A stretch of 63,990 bases of DNA, counting the filler, from Perkinsus olseni (Eukaryota), in NCBI GenBank assembly GCA_013115125.1. It is 3 parts of 3 records of this genome, joined end to end, with 100 filler letters (N's around TTAATTAATTAA, not from the genome) between each part and the next. Parts side by side here need not be neighbours in the genome. Positions count along the whole stretch, not along the records: positions 43,729 to 63,990 come from JABANN010000581.1; 2 more parts are not named here. One strand, given 5' to 3'. The stretch's first letter is position 1; each line of letters opens with the position of its first letter. The notes beneath the pieces are model-generated. The model made no database searches and was not told the origin of the DNA. It saw only the letters and a program-made list of their open reading frames with translations. The translations under genes were made by a program, and so were the position numbers. This document shows positions 63,801-63,990 of this stretch, one piece after another.

Positions 63801-63946
63801 GATACCCACCGCCTATACTCCGGCGCAGCCCGCATAAAAGCAACATAGTCCTCTTGTCTGAGTGTCTCGTCGAGTCGCGCCAAGTTGGAGTCACCCCCAA
63901 CGAAGTACCGCCCCACGCGGACCGGCAACTTGCTATCCGCCACCAA
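60840..63946 (-). pseudogene. Decayed DDE-type DNA transposase (DxxH-motif, MULE/ISL3-like) with C-terminal Cys/His knuckles
   Basis: GQVLRIDAKY...TNESG...TVYVDKGCC, then after a frameshift IKLDLFHWVRRL...HP...YIF and GCLSD. C-terminal CTNC...GHKMYRYC and CAAC motifs follow. There are multiple frameshifts and stops. Confidence 0.6.
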
Positions 63947-63957
63947 TGCGGATCCGT

Positions 63958-63990
<33 letters not shown>

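Noticed and set aside
63958-63990. Terminal poly-G tract (possible G-quadruplex or telomere)
   Set aside because: A homopolymer at the sequence end is most likely a sequencing or assembly artefact.

Overview
Eukaryotic, gene-dense scaffold with many short GT-AG introns (mostly about 50-90 bp). Gene style and content suggest a Perkinsus-like alveolate, but that is inference. It consists of three contigs joined by two artificial N44-TTAATTAATTAA-N44 linkers and ends in poly-G. From 1-15 kb there is a tandem array of four paralogous multi-exon genes for phospholipase/carboxylesterase (acyl-protein thioesterase-like) fold proteins that appear to lack the catalytic serine and are mosaics of near-identical blocks. 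Next come a serine carboxypeptidase S10, a processive GT2 polysaccharide synthase and a bromodomain protein. A tightly packed minus-strand cluster follows (MOCS2A, helical-repeat RNA-binding-like protein, RRP15, RPLP1, UTP23, PRA1). After it lie a Thr/Pro/Cys mucin-like secreted protein that the ORF track misses, a decayed PRA1 duplicate, a partial kinase, a mitochondrion-targeted-looking bacterial-type phosphotransacetylase, a hAT-type MITE with an 8-bp TSD, three small secreted effector-like genes, a second atypical kinase and a decayed DDE transposase. About ten dispersed tRNA-derived A/B-box elements occur, several of them filling most of a spliceosomal intron. Exon boundaries were read by eye, so gene ends are approximate where stated.
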